Program-made: the position numbers and the translations under genes
Shown: piece by piece, positions 20,136 to 30,503 of the stretch
Layout of the letters: each line of letters begins with the position of its first letter
Numbering within the stretch: position 1 is the stretch's first letter
Source: Candidatus Dormiibacterota bacterium
Lineage (GTDB): Bacteria > Chloroflexota > Dormibacteria > Dormibacterales > Dormibacteraceae
Assembly (NCBI GenBank): GCA_035259145.1
Contig: DATFWQ010000135.1
Span: 1 to 62,309, forward strand
DNA: 62,309 nt
Direction: 5' to 3'
The notes under the pieces: model-generated
What the model was told of the DNA's origin: nothing
Seen by the model: only the letters and a program-made list of their open reading frames with translations
Database searches by the model: none

Positions 20136-22400
20136 GTGGCAGAACGACTGATCATCGTTGAGTCGCCCGCCAAGGCGAGGACGCTCAAGCGTTTCCTTGG
20201 AGAGCGCTTCGACGTTCGCGCCTCGATGGGCCACGTCCGCGATCTCCCGGAGCGGGAGCTCGCCGTTGACGTCGAACAGGGCTTCCAGCCCCGCTACGAG
20301 GTGGTCGACAGCCGCAAGCAGACCATCACTGACCTGCGGAAGGCGGTGAAGAGCCGAGATGAGGTGATCCTGGCCTCGGACCCCGATCGAGAGGGAGAGG
20401 CGATAGCCTGGCATCTGGCAGAGGTACTTCGCCTGCGCCATCCCAAGCGCATCGAGTTCCACGAGATCACGAACGACGCGGTCCGCCGCGCGCTGAGCCA
20501 CCCGAGGGAGATCGACATGCGGCTGGTCAACGCCCAGCAGGCACGTCGCGTGGTCGACCGCCTGGTGGGCTACCGGCTGAGCCCCTTCCTCTGGAGCAAG
20601 GTGCAGAAGGGCATCGGCGCTGGCCGGGTGCAGTCGGTTGCGCTCCGCCTCGTCGTCGACCGCGAGGAGGAGATCCGCGCCTTCACGCCGGAGGAGTCCT
20701 GGACGGTCGACGCCATCCTGTCACAGCAGGGCGAGGAGCAGCGGTTCAAGGCCCGCCTCGCGCGCAGGCTGGCGGAGCTGGACGTGAAGCTCGAGCTCAA
20801 GACCGAGGCCGACGCTCAGGCCGCAATCGCCGAGCTGGAAGGCGCCGAATACCGCGTCGTCGCCATCGAACAGAAGCGCAGAAGCAAGAACGCGCCGCCG
20901 CCGTACATAACGTCCACGCTTCAACAGGACGCGTCCAGCCGCCTCCGCTACTCACCAAAAAAGACGATGCGCCTGGCGCAGGACCTGTACGAAGGCATCG
21001 AGCTGGGCAGTGAAGGCGCGACCGGCTTGATCACCTACATGCGAACCGACTCGACGCGGATCTCGGCTGAAGCCGACGCGAAGGTCCAGGGCTGGATCAA
21101 GAGCAACCTGGGAGATCGCTACCTGGGCAAGCCTCGTCCGGAGAAAGCGCGGCCGGGCGCCCAGGATGCACACGAGGCGATCCGGCCCACCGACCCCAAC
21201 CGGCGCCCCGAAGACATCCGTCAGCACCTGACGCCTGACCAGTTCCGTGTCTACGAGCTGATCTGGCGCAGGTTCGTGGCCAGCCGAATGGCGGCAGCGC
21301 AGTATGCGGGGACGACGGTCGACATCGAGGCCGGCGCCTTCGGACTGCGGGCGACCGGCTCCGTGTTGACGTTCGATGGCTTCTACCGGATCTGGGAGCG
21401 CGACGACGAGCGCGAAGAGCAGCTTCCCGACCTGCATGAGGGGGAGATCCTGGACTTCCACGGCCTGGTGCCAGAGCAGCACTTCACGCAGCCGCCTCCA
21501 CGCTACACCGAGGCGACGCTCATCAACGAGCTGGAGAAGCGGGGCATTGGCCGGCCCTCGACCTACGCAACGATCGTGGCCACGATCCAGGACCACAGCT
21601 ACGTGGATCAGCGCGAGCGCCGCTTGCACCCGACGCAGCTGGGCGAGGCCGTCAATTCGATAATGGTCGGGCACTTCCAGGACATCGTCGACGACCGATA
21701 TACGGCGGCCATGGAGGAGCGCCTCGACGAGGTCGAGCAGGGCAGGGTCGAGTGGGTGCCAGTGGTGGGAGACTTCTACGTCCCGCTCGAGCGCATGTTG
21801 AGCGCGGCGGCCGAGGCGATGCCTGCCGAGACGGGCGAGGAATGCCCGGAATGCCACGAGGGCCAGCTGGTCCTCAAGGCTAGCCGCTACGGGCCCTTCA
21901 AAGGCTGCTCACGCTATCCAGCCTGCCGCTACCGGCAGGCGGTTCTGCCCAACGGCGAGCCGGACAAGCCGCAGCTGCTGGACGACACCTGCCCCGAGTG
22001 TGGTCGCCAGCTGCAGGTGCGGCGCGGGCGTTATGGGGAATTCGTCGGCTGTTCGGGCTACCCGGACTGCAGGTACGTGCGGCGGGACCAGCAACGGTCC
22101 GAGCCGGTGCCGACCGGCGAGGTGTGCCCGGAATGCGGCCAGGGCCAGCTGGTCGAGCGGCAGGGCCGGTACGGGCCTTTCCGGTCGTGCAGCCGCTACC
22201 CCGACTGTAAGTATCGCGTTGCCAGGCCGCGAGAGGGCCGGCCGGTGGTCGTGTCAAAGCGGCTCGACGAGCCTTGCCCGGTCTGCGGCAAGCCGATGGT
22301 GGAGCGCCAGGGCCGGTATGGCCCGTTCAAGTCATGCAGCGACTACCCGCGCTGCAAGGGCCCGCAGCGTGCTGGACGGGCCGCCAAAGCCACCGCCTGA
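20136..22400 (+). CDS. topA: DNA topoisomerase I with four C-terminal C4 zinc-ribbon repeats
   Basis: TOPRIM motif LIIVESPAKA...DPDREGE. Active-site region ITYMRTDS. Four CPxC...CxxYPxC repeats at the C-terminus. Confidence 0.95.
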   Translation: MAERLIIVESPAKARTLKRFLGERFDVRASMGHVRDLPERELAVDVEQGFQPRYEVVDSRKQTITDLRKAVKSRDEVILASDPDREGEAIAWHLAEVLRLRHPKRIEFHEITNDAVRRALSHPREIDMRLVNAQQARRVVDRLVGYRLSPFLWSKVQKGIGAGRVQSVALRLVVDREEEIRAFTPEESWTVDAILSQQGEEQRFKARLARRLAELDVKLELKTEADAQAAIAELEGAEYRVVAIEQKRRSKNAPPPYITSTLQQDASSRLRYSPKKTMRLAQDLYEGIELGSEGATGLITYMRTDSTRISAEADAKVQGWIKSNLGDRYLGKPRPEKARPGAQDAHEAIRPTDPNRRPEDIRQHLTPDQFRVYELIWRRFVASRMAAAQYAGTTVDIEAGAFGLRATGSVLTFDGFYRIWERDDEREEQLPDLHEGEILDFHGLVPEQHFTQPPPRYTEATLINELEKRGIGRPSTYATIVATIQDHSYVDQRERRLHPTQLGEAVNSIMVGHFQDIVDDRYTAAMEERLDEVEQGRVEWVPVVGDFYVPLERMLSAAAEAMPAETGEECPECHEGQLVLKASRYGPFKGCSRYPACRYRQAVLPNGEPDKPQLLDDTCPECGRQLQVRRGRYGEFVGCSGYPDCRYVRRDQQRSEPVPTGEVCPECGQGQLVERQGRYGPFRSCSRYPDCKYRVARPREGRPVVVSKRLDEPCPVCGKPMVERQGRYGPFKSCSDYPRCKGPQRAGRAAKATA

Positions 22401-22510
22401 GCACACGCAACCGCCAGTTGCGACCCGCAGAGGCACATTCGCCGGCGGGTGCACCGAACTGCTCAGCGCTGCAGCGCGGGCCCCCCTCACGGACGTGAGT
22501 CCAAGTGCGG

Positions 22511-22539
22511 GTTTGGTCTGGCCCCGCCGGCGGTACAAT
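22511..22539 (+). promoter_or_regulatory. putative rpsB promoter (GTTTGG - 17 nt - TACAAT)
   Basis: TACAAT at 22534-22539 is one of the few AT-rich hexamers in the 247-nt topA-rpsB spacer. The -35 element is weak. Confidence 0.3.
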
Positions 22540-22647
22540 CCGATTGCCGGCGTGGGACCGCCACGCCGAGTAACGCACGCCCGGAGCCCCACCCTGTCCC
22601 GTACAGCGGGCCGAGCGCCGGGCGGAGGTCCAACAGGGAGGTAATAG

Positions 22648-23493
22648 ATGTCACAGGTCACGTTGAAACAGCTGCTCGAGGCGGGTGTCCACTTCGGCCA
22701 CCAGACGAGCCGGTGGAACCCGAAGATGAAGCCCTACATCTTCACCGCTCGCAACGGCATTCACATCATCGACCTGCAGAAGACCGTCAGACTGCTCGAC
22801 GACGCGCTGGTCTTCGTGAAGAACGTCGCCGAATCCGGCCGGCCGGTCCTGTTCGTGGGCACCAAGAAGCAGGCTCAGGAGACCATCCAGACCGAGGCTG
22901 CGCGCTGCGGCATGTTCTTCGTCAACCGGCGCTGGATGGGCGGCATGCTGACCAACTTCACCACGGTCAAGAAGCGCATCGAGCGGCTGCAGGAGCTGCG
23001 CAGGATGCAGCAGGCCGGCCAGTTCGAGCTGCTGCCGAAGAAGGAAGCCAAGAAGCTCCAGGACGAGCTCGACAGGCTGATGTACCACTTCGACGGCATC
23101 GCCGACATGCGCCGGCTGCCTGGCGCCGTCTACGTGGTCGACCCGCGCAAGGAGCACATCTCGGTCACAGAGGCCAACCGGCTGGGTATCCCGGTCGTAG
23201 CGATCACGGACTCCAACTGCGACCCCGACCTGATCCAGTACGTCATCCCCGGCAACGACGACGCCATCAGAGCCGTCAAGCTCCTGACCGGCAAGATGGC
23301 CGACGCCTGCCTGGAAGGCCGGCAGGTGGCTATGGAGCGCGGTGAGCAGCTGCCACCAATGGAGGAGCGCGAGTTCCTGGAGACGCCGCGCTACGACCTG
23401 ATCGAGGAGTACCTGGAGGACGAGGAAGACTACCTGCCTGACGTGTCCGAGGACGAGTTCCTCGGCCGGGATGCGGACGAGGAGGCTCGGTAG
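22648..23493 (+). CDS. rpsB: 30S ribosomal protein S2 (acidic C-terminal tail)
   Basis: [26 protein letters not shown] Shine-Dalgarno upstream. Confidence 0.95.
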   Translation: MSQVTLKQLLEAGVHFGHQTSRWNPKMKPYIFTARNGIHIIDLQKTVRLLDDALVFVKNVAESGRPVLFVGTKKQAQETIQTEAARCGMFFVNRRWMGGMLTNFTTVKKRIERLQELRRMQQAGQFELLPKKEAKKLQDELDRLMYHFDGIADMRRLPGAVYVVDPRKEHISVTEANRLGIPVVAITDSNCDPDLIQYVIPGNDDAIRAVKLLTGKMADACLEGRQVAMERGEQLPPMEEREFLETPRYDLIEEYLEDEEDYLPDVSEDEFLGRDADEEAR

Positions 23494-24071
23494 TGTCGGA
23501 GACAAAGGCTGTGTCGGTTGATGCCCTGAAGAGGCTCCGGGAGCTTACCGGCGCCGGCATGATGGACTGCCGCAAGGCGCTGGAGGACAGCGGCGGGGAC
23601 GTGGAGCGGGCCGCCGCTCTCCTGAGGGAGCGGGGCATCGCCGGGGCGGCCAAGCGCTCGGACCGGGAGACGAGCAATGGCGTGGTGGAGGCTTACCTGC
23701 ACCGCACCAGCGAGGACTACCCACCCCAGGTCGGCGCGATGGTGGAAGTCAACTGCGAGAGTGATTTCGTGGCGAAAGGAGACGAGTTCCGGACGCTGGC
23801 CCGCGAGCTGGCGCTTCACATCGCTGGCCGCGCCCCCAGGTGGGTCACCCGGGACCAGGTGCCGGACGAGGCCGTGGACGAGTGGCGAAGGGTCCACCAG
23901 GTCGAAGACGGTGAAGTCGAGGACTTTTACCGCGAGCACGTCCTGCTCGAACAGGCGTTCGTCCGAGACCCGTCCTTCAGCGTCGCGGACCTGATCGCCG
24001 AGACAGGGGCAAGGGTCAAGGAGAACATCACGGTCCGCCGCTTCAGCAGGTTCAGCATCAAAGAGGCGTAG
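23493..24071 (+). CDS. tsf: translation elongation factor Ts (short form)
   Basis: [20 protein letters not shown]-like N-terminus. Synteny after rpsB. Confidence 0.9.
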   Translation: MSETKAVSVDALKRLRELTGAGMMDCRKALEDSGGDVERAAALLRERGIAGAAKRSDRETSNGVVEAYLHRTSEDYPPQVGAMVEVNCESDFVAKGDEFRTLARELALHIAGRAPRWVTRDQVPDEAVDEWRRVHQVEDGEVEDFYREHVLLEQAFVRDPSFSVADLIAETGARVKENITVRRFSRFSIKEA

Positions 24072-24072
24072 G

Positions 24073-24798
24073 TTGGACTCGAGGCCGCGCTACCGCAGAA
24101 TCCTGCTGAAGCTCAGCGGTGAAGCGCTCGGTGGCGACAAGGACTACGGCATCGACTTCGACGTCGTGCGCAAGATCGCGCGGCAGGTCAAGCGCGTCCA
24201 CGATCTGGGCGTCGAGATCGCAATGGTGGTCGGCGGCGGCAACATATTTCGGGGCCGAGATGTCGCCGACAGGGGCTTCGACCGGGCCACCGGCGACTAC
24301 ATGGGCATGCTGGGCACCGTGATCAACGCGCTGGCGCTTCAGGACGGACTGGAGAAGCTGGGGCTGCCCGCCCGGACCATGTCCGCGGTCCAGATGAACC
24401 AGGTAGCCGAGCCCTACATCCGCCGCCGCGCCGTTCGCCATCTCGAAAAAGGCCGGGTCGTGATTCTGGCTGGTGGCAATGGCAACCCGTACTTCACCAC
24501 CGACACCACCGCCGCCCTGCGGGCGGTGGAACTCGAGACCGACGTGGTGATGAAGGCAACCAAGGTCGACGGCGTGTACACTGCCGACCCGGTCCGCGAT
24601 CCTACCGCTACCAAGTTCCAGCGGCTGGACTATCTCGAAGTGTTGAATCGGGGCATTGAGGTTATGGACAGCACGGCGCTTACGCTCTGCATGGACAACG
24701 GCATGCCGATCGTGGTGTTCGACCTGCTCAAGGAGGGAAACATGGAGCGGGTGGTAAGCGGCGACCCGATCGGGACCCTGGTGGCGACCGGCTCATGA
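24073..24798 (+). CDS. pyrH: UMP kinase
   Basis: [22 protein letters not shown] and [10 protein letters not shown] motifs. Confidence 0.95.
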   Translation: MDSRPRYRRILLKLSGEALGGDKDYGIDFDVVRKIARQVKRVHDLGVEIAMVVGGGNIFRGRDVADRGFDRATGDYMGMLGTVINALALQDGLEKLGLPARTMSAVQMNQVAEPYIRRRAVRHLEKGRVVILAGGNGNPYFTTDTTAALRAVELETDVVMKATKVDGVYTADPVRDPTATKFQRLDYLEVLNRGIEVMDSTALTLCMDNGMPIVVFDLLKEGNMERVVSGDPIGTLVATGS

Positions 24799-25355
24799 GC
24801 ATCGACGGGATCCTGAAGGAAGCCGAGTCCAAGATGGATCGGTCGGTCGAGCACCTCGAGCACGGGCTCGCCACCATCCGTACGGGCCGAGCCAACCCGG
24901 CGTTGATCGAACGGGTCATGGTGACCTATTACGGGACACCGACGCAGCTCAACCAGCTGGCTCAGATCAGTGCTCCCGAGGCGCGGCTTCTGGTCGTCCA
25001 GGTGTACGACCGGGGGCAGATGGGTACCGTCGAAAAGGCCATCCGCGACGCGGGAGTGGGCCTCAATCCCTCGAACGACGGACAGGTCATCAGAGTCCCG
25101 ATCCCACCCCTGACCGAGGAGCGCCGTCGGGAATACGTGAAGATGGTCAGGCAGCGCGCCGAGGAAGCCCGCGTTGCGGTACGCAACGTGCGGCGCGACG
25201 AGCTGCATCGCGTCCACCAGCAGGAGCGGGCTGGCGAAATCCCTGAAGATACGGCCAAGCGCGCCGGTGACCAGCTGCAGAAGATCACTGACGCCCACAC
25301 GCAGAAGATCGACGCGATAGCCGGCCGTAAGGAAGCCGAGGTGTTAGAGGTCTGA
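24795..25355 (+). CDS. frr: ribosome recycling factor
   Basis: [12 protein letters not shown]...[13 protein letters not shown] motif. ATGA overlap with pyrH. Confidence 0.95.
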   Translation: MSIDGILKEAESKMDRSVEHLEHGLATIRTGRANPALIERVMVTYYGTPTQLNQLAQISAPEARLLVVQVYDRGQMGTVEKAIRDAGVGLNPSNDGQVIRVPIPPLTEERRREYVKMVRQRAEEARVAVRNVRRDELHRVHQQERAGEIPEDTAKRAGDQLQKITDAHTQKIDAIAGRKEAEVLEV

Positions 25356-25389
25356 ACCCCCTGAGTCGCCTCTCCAGTGGACCCTCACT

Positions 25390-25460
25390 GCGAAGCAGCC
25401 TTCGCGGGGACCACGGGGGGCCCACCGACGAGGACACAGCACGAAGCCGGCTTCGTGGGG
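25390..25460. repeat. two GC-rich hairpins of the CGAAG..CTTCG family (GCGAAGcagcCTTCGCGGGG and CACGAAGCCGGCTTCGTGGGG)
   Basis: Inverted repeats read directly, at 25390-25409 and 25440-25460, in the frr-uppS spacer. Confidence 0.7.
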
Positions 25461-25549
25461 CCACCGCTGGAGATGGAGAGCCGCGATGGGATCGATCACC
25501 GGGCACGCCGCCGCCACCTGGAGAGGGCCCCAGTCACGTCGGCATCATC

Positions 25550-26233
25550 ATGGATGGCAACGGGCGCTGGGCACGACAGCGGGGGCGTCCGCACTCCTTC
25601 GGCCATCGGGCCGGTGTCAAGGCGATCAAGCGGGTCATGTACGGCTGCGAGGACCTCGGGATCGAGGTCCTGAGCGTCTACACGTTCTCTACCGAAAACT
25701 GGGCTCGACCGCGCACCGAGGTTCGATACCTCATGCGGCTCTTTCACGAGGCGTTCCGCCGTGAGCTGGACGAGATCCATGAGCGAGGCATTCGGGTGCT
25801 CGTCAGCGGTCGGCTCTCTGAGCTCTCGCGGCCGATGCAGCGACACATCGATGAGGCTCAGGTGAGGACCGCAGGCAACCGGCATGGCGTCCTGAACGTC
25901 TGCCTGAATTACGGTGGTCGCGCTGAGCTCGTGGACGCGGTCCGATCTCTGATCGCGTCAGGGGTTCCCGCTGAGGACGTCGACGAGCAGACGCTGGCCG
26001 CTCACCTATACCATCCTGAACTGCCAGACCCAGACCTCATCATCCGGACCGCAGGTGAGAGCCGGATCAGCAACTTTCTGCTCTGGCAGTCCGCTTACAC
26101 CGAAATACACGTTACGAATACGCTGTGGCCGGATTTCGACATCCCCGACCTGAGGCGAGCAGTCCAGGACTACCGGAGCAGGACTCGCCGCTTCGGAGCG
26201 CGCCCCGGCGAGGAGATAGCGCTCGTCAGGTGA
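25550..26233 (+). CDS. uppS: isoprenyl transferase / undecaprenyl-diphosphate synthase; true 5' end lies upstream and is unresolved
   Basis: MDGNGRWA, FSTENW and RTAGESRISNFLLWQ motifs. The conserved PSHVGII residues precede the first canonical start. See finding. Confidence 0.85.
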   Translation: MDGNGRWARQRGRPHSFGHRAGVKAIKRVMYGCEDLGIEVLSVYTFSTENWARPRTEVRYLMRLFHEAFRRELDEIHERGIRVLVSGRLSELSRPMQRHIDEAQVRTAGNRHGVLNVCLNYGGRAELVDAVRSLIASGVPAEDVDEQTLAAHLYHPELPDPDLIIRTAGESRISNFLLWQSAYTEIHVTNTLWPDFDIPDLRRAVQDYRSRTRRFGARPGEEIALVR

Positions 26234-27072
26234 CCGCCCGCGTGAAGGCGTGGGCTCGGAACATCCCCCCCTGGATGGTCAGGGTGATCAGCGGCCTCCT
26301 GCTGCTGGGCGCCACGGTGACCCTCCTGTTGCTCGGGCTCTATGGCATCTACACGATCATGCTCATTGCCGGGTCCATCGCACTGTGGGAGTTCCGCGGG
26401 CTGTCCGATCGTTGGGGCTACCCGGCACCCGGCTGGCTGCTGTACCCACTCGGTCTCTTCTTTGCACTCAGCGGCACGGTGCTCAAAGCGGTCCCACTCG
26501 ACGTCGTTTTGTCCGTGGCGCTGATCGCGGGCCTGTCAGTGTTCCTGGTGCTGCCGGGCCGCCGGGAAGGCCTCGGCCGCTGGGCCATGGGCCTGGCCGG
26601 GGCCATCTACGTCGGGCTGCCGTTCAACTACTACCTGCTGCTATACGAGAACGCCCGCCACGCATCAGGGCTGGCCTGGCTGCTGCTGGTGCTGGTCACG
26701 GTGGTCGTGAGCGACTCAACCGCACTGTTGATCGGCCAGCGGCTGGGACGCCATTCGTTCTTCCCTGCGATCAGCCCTAACAAGACTGTCGAAGGAGCGC
26801 TGGCAGGACTGATCTGTTCAGTGCCGATAATGCTTGCCGGCGGCCTCCTGCTCCTCCACCTGAGCCTCTTGCATTCGGTACTGATCGGCCTGTTGATTGG
26901 CGTAACCGCCCAGACCGGCGACCTGGTCGAGTCACAGATGAAGCGGCTGGCCGGGGTCAAGGACTCATCGCACGTGATCCCCGGCCACGGTGGCATCCTT
27001 GACCGGATGGACTCCGCGCTGTTCCCGCCCATCGTCGTCTTCCTCTATACGCACTACCTGGGGCTGCTGTGA
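26230..27072 (+). CDS. cdsA: phosphatidate cytidylyltransferase
   Basis: Polytopic membrane protein with the C-terminal SQMKRLAGVKDSSHVIPGHGGILDRMDS signature. GTG 26230 forms a GTGA overlap with uppS. Confidence 0.85.
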   Translation: MTARVKAWARNIPPWMVRVISGLLLLGATVTLLLLGLYGIYTIMLIAGSIALWEFRGLSDRWGYPAPGWLLYPLGLFFALSGTVLKAVPLDVVLSVALIAGLSVFLVLPGRREGLGRWAMGLAGAIYVGLPFNYYLLLYENARHASGLAWLLLVLVTVVVSDSTALLIGQRLGRHSFFPAISPNKTVEGALAGLICSVPIMLAGGLLLLHLSLLHSVLIGLLIGVTAQTGDLVESQMKRLAGVKDSSHVIPGHGGILDRMDSALFPPIVVFLYTHYLGLL

Positions 27073-28172
27073 CCCAGCGGATCGCCATTCTCGGGGCAAC
27101 CGGCTCGGTCGGCCAGCAATCGCTGGACGTGATCGACCGCTTCCCGCATCGCTTCGAGGTGTTCGGGCTCGCTTCGGGCCGCCGCTCACCTGGCCGAACC
27201 GCCCGCTACCTGATACAGGACGGTGATCCCGACTGCGAGGCCCGCATCGAGGAGATGGTGACCCATCCCGAATGCGACATCGTGCTGGTCGCGATCCCGG
27301 GCTCGGCGGTCCTGGCGCCGACGCTGGCTGCATTGAGGGCAGGCAAGAAGGTGGCTCTTGCGACAAAAGAGGTGCTGGTCATGGCAGGCGAGCTGGTGAT
27401 GGCCAGCGCCCGGACCCCTGACGTGATCCGCCCGGTCGACTCCGAGCACTCTGCGATCTGGCAGTGCCTGTGGGGCGAGGCGCCGGCGAGCGTGGCACGA
27501 CTGCTGCTCACAGCGAGCGGCGGTCCGTTCTGGCACCGGCGAGAGCGGGAGCTGGCCGAGGTTACCATCGAAGACGCCCTTCAGCACCCACGATGGTCGA
27601 TGGGTCCGAAGGTCACCGTCGACTCGGCGACCCTGATGAACAAGGGCCTCGAGCTGATCGAGGCCCATCACCTGTTCCGGCTGCCGCTGGAGCGGATCGA
27701 CGTCATGGTTCACCCTCAGAGCGTCATCCACTCCATGGTCGAGTTCATCGACGGCTCCGCCAAGGCGCAGCTCAGCCATCCCGACATGCGGCTCCCGATC
27801 GCACTGGCACTCTCCTACCCCGACCGTCTGCCGGGGGTCGTGCCTCCGACCCGGTTCGAAGAAGTGGGCAGTCTGGAGCTCCACGCCCTGGACCACGAGC
27901 GGTTTCGCAGTGTTTCTCTCGCCCGGGCCGCCGCCGCGCGAGGCGGCGCTTACCCCGCCGTGCTCAACGCCGCCAACGAGGTGGCAGTGGCCAGCTTCTT
28001 GGGGGGGCAGCTCCGGTTCGTTGACATAGTTGCGCTGGTCGAGTCCGCGCTGGGCGACTTTGCCACGACCGGCGCTGCCGGTGGTGGTCAGGCGACGCTG
28101 GAGGAGATTCTCAGAGCCGACGCGTGGGCCCGGGCCCACGTCACAGGCCGAGTCCGTAAAGTCGAAGCGTGA
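27069..28172 (+). CDS. dxr: 1-deoxy-D-xylulose-5-phosphate reductoisomerase
   Basis: ILGATGSVG, PVDSEHSAI, LTASGGPF and NKGLELIEAH motifs. Confidence 0.95.
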   Translation: MTQRIAILGATGSVGQQSLDVIDRFPHRFEVFGLASGRRSPGRTARYLIQDGDPDCEARIEEMVTHPECDIVLVAIPGSAVLAPTLAALRAGKKVALATKEVLVMAGELVMASARTPDVIRPVDSEHSAIWQCLWGEAPASVARLLLTASGGPFWHRRERELAEVTIEDALQHPRWSMGPKVTVDSATLMNKGLELIEAHHLFRLPLERIDVMVHPQSVIHSMVEFIDGSAKAQLSHPDMRLPIALALSYPDRLPGVVPPTRFEEVGSLELHALDHERFRSVSLARAAAARGGAYPAVLNAANEVAVASFLGGQLRFVDIVALVESALGDFATTGAAGGGQATLEEILRADAWARAHVTGRVRKVEA

Positions 28173-29254
28173 CTTTGCAAGATCTGCTGGACGCGCTCGC
28201 TGGTGTGTTACGGCTCGCCGCCATCCTTGCGCTGTTCCTCGTTCTGGTCATTCCTCACGAGGCCGGGCACTTCGCGATGGCCAAGGCTTTCGGCGTCAGG
28301 GTCCGCGAGTTTTCGGTCGGCATGGGTACGCGGCTCTGGTCCAGGGTCAGAGGCGGCACGCTTTACGCCCTCAGAGCCATCCCGCTCGGCGGCTACGTGC
28401 AGCTGGGCGGCATGATGCCGGACGACTACGAAGATCCGAAGGGATTCCACGCCAAGCCCGCTCATCAGAAGCTGCTGATTCTGCTGGCCGGCGCCGGCGT
28501 GAACTTCATCGTCGCGATGGTCCTCGTCACGGGCGTCTCTTTTGCACAGCTCAATGACGACCCCGGCAAGGTGGTCAAGGTCTTCATAAGCAGCCCTGCG
28601 TACACGCACGGCATCCGACCCGGTGACTCCATCCGAGCGGTAGAGGGCAAGGCCATTCGCCGGCCCGAGGACATCCGCAGTGCAGAAGATGCCAGGCCCG
28701 GGCAACCGCTGCAGTTTGCCGTGCAGCGCCCGAACGGTGGGACCTACAACGCTATCATCACGCCGAGCTACAGCGGTGACCAGAAGCGCTACGTGATCGG
28801 GATCGAGACCGCGGCCCTCGTCTCTCCAGGCCAGGCCTTGACGGCCGGCGTCACGTTCCCCGCCTTTGCGGCGACCGGCTTCGGGCAGGGAATCTATCAG
28901 CTCGCCACAGGCCAGGTTCCGGGCGGCGTCTTCGGCCCCAACGGGCTCTCAAGCTTCGTCGGCTTCGGGTACCTCGCCTACCACGCAGCCGCAGAGGGCC
29001 TGATCACGTACCTGCTGATAGTGGCCTACCTCTCGATGGCGCTGGGGCTGACCAACCTGTTGCCCTTGCCGGCGCTGGACGGCGGGCGCATCCTTGTTGT
29101 CCTGCTGGAGAAGGTCCGCGGGCGGCCCTTCGACCGCGAGCGGGAGCAGGCGATCCAGCGATACGGCCTGGTCGCGCTGATCGCGCTGATAGGCGTGGCC
29201 GTTTTCCTGGACGTCCAGCGCATTGCGACCGGACAGTTCCCGGGGCTGAGGTGA
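28169..29254 (+). CDS. rseP: RIP metalloprotease RseP (site-2 protease, M50)
   Basis: HEAGHF zinc motif, PDZ-like middle region, NLLPLPALDGG motif. Confidence 0.9.
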   Translation: MTLQDLLDALAGVLRLAAILALFLVLVIPHEAGHFAMAKAFGVRVREFSVGMGTRLWSRVRGGTLYALRAIPLGGYVQLGGMMPDDYEDPKGFHAKPAHQKLLILLAGAGVNFIVAMVLVTGVSFAQLNDDPGKVVKVFISSPAYTHGIRPGDSIRAVEGKAIRRPEDIRSAEDARPGQPLQFAVQRPNGGTYNAIITPSYSGDQKRYVIGIETAALVSPGQALTAGVTFPAFAATGFGQGIYQLATGQVPGGVFGPNGLSSFVGFGYLAYHAAAEGLITYLLIVAYLSMALGLTNLLPLPALDGGRILVVLLEKVRGRPFDREREQAIQRYGLVALIALIGVAVFLDVQRIATGQFPGLR

Positions 29255-29258
29255 GGAT

Positions 29259-30416
29259 TTGAGCGCAAAAAACGGGACCCCGCCACGCCGAAAGTCGATT
29301 CCCGTGCGGGTGGGCGACGTAGTCGTCGGTGGGGCCGCGCCCATCGCGGTCCAGACCATGACCAAGACCGACACTCGCGACGTGCGGGCAACGCTCAACC
29401 AGATCGCGGCGCTGAAGGACGCGGGGTGCGAGATCGTACGCCCGGCGGTGCCAGACCACCACGCCGCCGAAGCACTCAAGGAGATCGTGGCGCACTCGCC
29501 ACTGCCCGTAATCGCTGACATTCACTATGACCACCGGCTTGCCCTCATGGCGATCGAGGCGGGGGTGCACGGGCTGAGGCTGAACCCCGGCAACATCCCT
29601 GACCGTGAGAAGGTCGAGCGCGTGGTGACGGCCGCCAAGGAGCGGGACATACCTTTCCGGATCGGGGTGAACGCCGGCTCCCTGCCCGAGGAGGTGCACA
29701 GGAACCTGCGCGAGCAGCACGCGATCGACCGCGACGACCGGCTCCGAACCGCAGAGCGAATGGTCGAGGTGGCACTGGGCCACTGCAAGATCCTGGAAGA
29801 CCTCGACTACGGCCCGGGACACATCAAGGTGAGCCTCAAGGCGACCGACGTCTGGACCAACGTCATGGCCAACCGCCTGTTTGCCGAGGCACGCGCGTAC
29901 CCCATCCATCTGGGTGTGACCGAGTCAGGCCCGGTGCGCGCTGGGAGCATCCGCAGCGCCGTCGGTCTGGGAGTGCTGCTCAGCGAGGGCATCGGCGACA
30001 CGATTCGTGTCTCACTGGCGACGGACGATCCGACCGAGGAGATCCGGGTCGGCTACGAGATTCTGAAGGCGCTGAACTACCGGCACGAGGGCGCCACCCT
30101 CGTGGCCTGCCCAACCTGCGGCCGGCTGGAGTACGACATGGTGCCGACCGTGAAGGCGGTGGAGGCGCACATCGCGAAGCTGAGGCTGCCCATCACGGTG
30201 GCGGTGATGGGATGCGTGGTCAACGGGCCTGCGGAGGCGCGCCACGCCGACATCGGAGTCACAGGCGGCCGCGGCAAGGGCGTGATCTTCCGGAAGGGGA
30301 AGCTCTACAGAACCGTGCCGCAGGAGGAGCTGCTGCCGGTGCTGCTGGCCGAAATCGACCAGATCGCAGGTGAGCAGGGCGAGCAGGCCGCCGGCGCCGG
30401 GCTCATCCAGGCCTGA
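29259..30416 (+). CDS. ispG: 4-hydroxy-3-methylbut-2-en-1-yl diphosphate synthase
   Basis: IAVQTMT, ADIHYD, LRLNPGN, and the C-terminal CPTCGR...GCVVNGP Fe-S motif. Confidence 0.95.
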   Translation: MSAKNGTPPRRKSIPVRVGDVVVGGAAPIAVQTMTKTDTRDVRATLNQIAALKDAGCEIVRPAVPDHHAAEALKEIVAHSPLPVIADIHYDHRLALMAIEAGVHGLRLNPGNIPDREKVERVVTAAKERDIPFRIGVNAGSLPEEVHRNLREQHAIDRDDRLRTAERMVEVALGHCKILEDLDYGPGHIKVSLKATDVWTNVMANRLFAEARAYPIHLGVTESGPVRAGSIRSAVGLGVLLSEGIGDTIRVSLATDDPTEEIRVGYEILKALNYRHEGATLVACPTCGRLEYDMVPTVKAVEAHIAKLRLPITVAVMGCVVNGPAEARHADIGVTGGRGKGVIFRKGKLYRTVPQEELLPVLLAEIDQIAGEQGEQAAGAGLIQA

Positions 30417-30437
30417 GGTCGTCGGCGGCCTGCCTGG

Positions 30438-30503
30438 CACCCCCCCGGCTTCGCCGGGTACTCCCCCGACCTGGCGGTCCCGACCTGGCGGGGGAGAGTA
30501 GCC
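30438..30503. repeat. GC-rich intergenic repeat element, copy A (CCCCCGGCTTCGCCGGGTACTCCCCCGAC ... GCGGGGGAGAGTAGCC)
   Basis: It shares its beginning and end with the element at 41349-41469. It contains the tandem 11-mer CGACCTGGCGG x2 and a CTCCCCCG/CGGGGGAG stem. Confidence 0.65.

Noticed and set aside
21840-22400. Four tandem Cys4 repeats in the topA 3' region as a possible repeat expansion or foreign domain
   Set aside because: Multiple C-terminal zinc-ribbon modules are a normal feature of bacterial topoisomerase I.
30467-30491. Tandem 11-mer CGACCTGGCGG x2 as a possible CRISPR or tandem-repeat array
   Set aside because: There are only two copies separated by 3 nt, inside a larger palindromic element. 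There is no spacer structure and no cas genes.
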